Assembly: GCA_963802945.1 (NCBI GenBank)
Contig: CAWDKY010000017.1
Coordinates: forward strand, 224,001 to 288,000
DNA from: an uncultured delta proteobacterium
GTDB taxonomy: Bacteria > Desulfobacterota > RBG-13-43-22
DNA: 64,000 nt
Direction: 5' to 3'
Both the position numbers and the translations under genes were made by a program. Under the pieces are notes generated by a model. It had not been told where the DNA came from. It saw nothing but the letters and a program-made list of their open reading frames with translations, and did not search any database. Of the stretch, positions 61,950 to 64,000 are shown piece by piece. The stretch's first letter is position 1, and each line of letters starts with the position of its first letter.

Positions 61950-62123
61950 TTTAATTTCAGCCAAAGTTATCCTCTACCCCATTTTTGTTACTTTGATAGC
62001 TTTGAAAAAGGTTTAATTTTGTTTTAGGTTAAGGATGGTGAAAATTTTGCCGAAAAATACATACTGTATTTCGAGGATTAAAATTTGAGTTTGACACAGA
62101 GATTGGGTAAAAGGGGACGTTTT

Positions 62124-63425
62124 TCAATGGGACTTTTTAAAAACCCGCCTAAAAATCCAATCCACATTTTTTAAAGTATGTCCGAGATCGAATAAGTTGC
62201 TCAGCTCCTCGGGAGTCAGCCACTTTTTGATCCTCGGATCTTGCTTTAATAACTCCTGAAAATCTTCCTCTCCGGCCCAGACCTTCATGGCATTTTCCTG
62301 TACTACCTGGTAAGCCTCTTGTCGTGTGATTCCTTTTCTGGTTAAGGCCAGAAGGATTCCTTCAGAAAAGGGTAGGCCCCTGGTCAGCCCCAGGTTTTTT
62401 TTCATTCTCTCCGGATAGACAATCAGGTTTTTGAGAAGGCCGGTCAAACGGACCAGCATATAATCCAAAAGAGTGGTGGCATCGGGACCAATGACCCGTT
62501 CCACGGAAGAATGGCTGATGTCCCGTTCATGCCAAAGGGCTTGATTTTCCAGGGAGGCCAGGGCATAACCGCGCACCAGTCTGGCCAGACCGGCGATGTT
62601 TTCGGAGGCGATGGGATTTCTCTTGTGCGGCATGGCTGAAGAGCCTTTCTGACCCTTGGAAAAATATTCTTCGGCCTCCAGGACTTCGGTGCGTTGAAGG
62701 TGTCTGATTTCCACGGCCATCTTTTCGATGGATCCGGCGATAACGGCCAGGGTGCAAAAGAATTCGGCATAACGGTCCCGTTGAACGATCTGGCTGGAAG
62801 CGGGCGCGGGTTTGAGCCCTAAATGGCGGCAGACATGGGCCTCAACTGTGGGGGAGATGTGGGCAAAGGTCCCTACGGCCCCGGAGATCTTACCCACGGC
62901 AATGGTTTCTTTGGCCTGGATCAGGCGCCGAAGATTTCGGCTGGCCTCATCGTACCAGATGGCCAATTTTAAGCCGAAGGTGATGGGCTCAGCATGGATG
63001 CCGTGTGAACGGCCGATCATAACGGTTTTTTTATGGGTCAAGGCCTGTCCCTTCAATACGGATTGTAGGGCTTTTAGGTCTTCAATCAGGACCTCTGCGG
63101 CCTCCTTGAGCAGAACGGCCATAGAGGTGTCCAAGACATCGGAAGAGGTCAGGCCCAGATGGATATGACGGCTGGCCGGGCCGACTTGCTCGGCCACATT
63201 GTCCAGAAAGGCGATGACATCGTGTTTGGTGATCTGCTCCAGTTCTTCAATTCGTTCTACTGAGAAGCGGGCTCTTTTTTTGATCAGGGCCAGGTCCTTG
63301 GGAGGTATAAGCCCCAATCGGGAAAGGGCCTCACAGGCCAGGATTTCCACTTCGAGCCATTTCTGATATTTGTTTTCCGGACTCCAGATTTTGGCCATAA
63401 TCGGGCGGGTATAACGAGGGATCAT
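62124..63425 (-). CDS. purB: Adenylosuccinate lyase
   Basis: MIPRY start with a ggagg RBS; HDVIAF, GRSHGIHAEP, GSSAMPHKRNP, LWHERDISHSSVER. Confidence 0.97.
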   Translation of the reverse strand: MIPRYTRPIMAKIWSPENKYQKWLEVEILACEALSRLGLIPPKDLALIKKRARFSVERIEELEQITKHDVIAFLDNVAEQVGPASRHIHLGLTSSDVLDTSMAVLLKEAAEVLIEDLKALQSVLKGQALTHKKTVMIGRSHGIHAEPITFGLKLAIWYDEASRNLRRLIQAKETIAVGKISGAVGTFAHISPTVEAHVCRHLGLKPAPASSQIVQRDRYAEFFCTLAVIAGSIEKMAVEIRHLQRTEVLEAEEYFSKGQKGSSAMPHKRNPIASENIAGLARLVRGYALASLENQALWHERDISHSSVERVIGPDATTLLDYMLVRLTGLLKNLIVYPERMKKNLGLTRGLPFSEGILLALTRKGITRQEAYQVVQENAMKVWAGEEDFQELLKQDPRIKKWLTPEELSNLFDLGHTLKNVDWIFRRVFKKSH

Positions 63426-63643
63426 AAAAACCTCCAATAAGAGTGTAAGGTTCAGAGTTCCAGGCTCAAGGCACAACGTATGAGGCTCAAAGCTCAATAG
63501 TATTATTAAACTGAATTGAGACTTGCCTGTCAATGAAAAATTGATTATCTTTAATACAAAAATAAAATTCGAGGATTCCAGTCCCGCCGCAGGCGGGATT
63601 GAATCCTTGACCTCTTGAATCCTAGAATCCTTTAAGATTTTTT

Positions 63644-64000
63644 ATGGACGATAAATTTTGGAATGAAGAAGTTGAACGGTTGAGCCGGTCTGGGGTGAGT
63701 TTTCAGACCGTTATTCAAGAAATACAAGCCAACCGCCTGCCTTTCAGGGTCACCGGGCTCCAGGGATCGGCGTCGGCCTATTTTCTTCAGCAAAGCTGGG
63801 CCAGGGTCCGCAGAACCCTGCTGGTCGTTTGTGCCGGCCCGGAAGAAGCTCAAAACCTTTATAAGGATCTGCTTTTTTTTGCGCAGCGAGATCCGGAAGA
63901 AAACCAATTCCTTTTTCCTTCCCCGATCCTTTATTTCCCGTTTTATGAAACATTAGATTTTCGGGAATATGTGCCCCAGTCGGATACTGTGGCCCTTCGT
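63644..64000 (+). CDS. mfd: Probable transcription-repair coupling factor N-terminus (runs off the window)
   Basis: Open frame to the window end: VTGLQGSASAY..LLVV....EAQNLYKDL..YFPFYETL.F....P.....R. Confidence 0.7.
   Translation, partial: MDDKFWNEEVERLSRSGVSFQTVIQEIQANRLPFRVTGLQGSASAYFLQQSWARVRRTLLVVCAGPEEAQNLYKDLLFFAQRDPEENQFLFPSPILYFPFYETLDFREYVPQSDTVALR

Noticed and set aside
63426-63533. N-terminal extension of PurB
   Set aside because: It derives from heptamer repeats. The canonical MIPRY start with an RBS is at 63425.
1-64000. CRISPR array, tRNA or rRNA genes
   Set aside because: No regularly spaced repeat-spacer array or recognisable structural RNA gene was seen by eye.

Overview
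The window is almost entirely a ~60 kb surface-glycan (capsule/EPS/glycosylation) locus. It probably comes from a Desulfobacterota (deltaproteobacterial) genome, an inference from gene content and intergenic repeat style. It opens with a tandem ribbon-helix-helix regulator, an OmpA-domain protein, an ExeA-like ATPase and a Wzc/Wza/Wzz/Wzx/Wzy export set. These are followed by GT4, GT2 and GT-C transferases, amino-sugar enzymes, methyltransferases, an MBOAT acyltransferase pair and a carbamoyltransferase module, and the window ends in core genes (corC/tlyC-like, galE, purB, start of mfd). The locus is heavily remodelled, with duplicated gene fragments, about a dozen frameshifted or truncated genes, a group IIC intron remnant in an apparent integron attC site, IS200/IS605-type palindromic mini-elements, an IS remnant and 7-8 bp intergenic repeats. 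The most interesting hypothesis concerns the SxtI/SxtJ/SxtK(DUF5989)-like module with two anchored SGNH proteins. It may be a trans-envelope O-carbamoylation relay, because the unannotated 52-aa SxtK-like peptide ends in FIYAVF, the same FIYxxF tyrosine-shuttle motif as DltX and as the MBOAT protein in this window (FIYFQF). All family calls come from motif recognition by eye; no searches were run.
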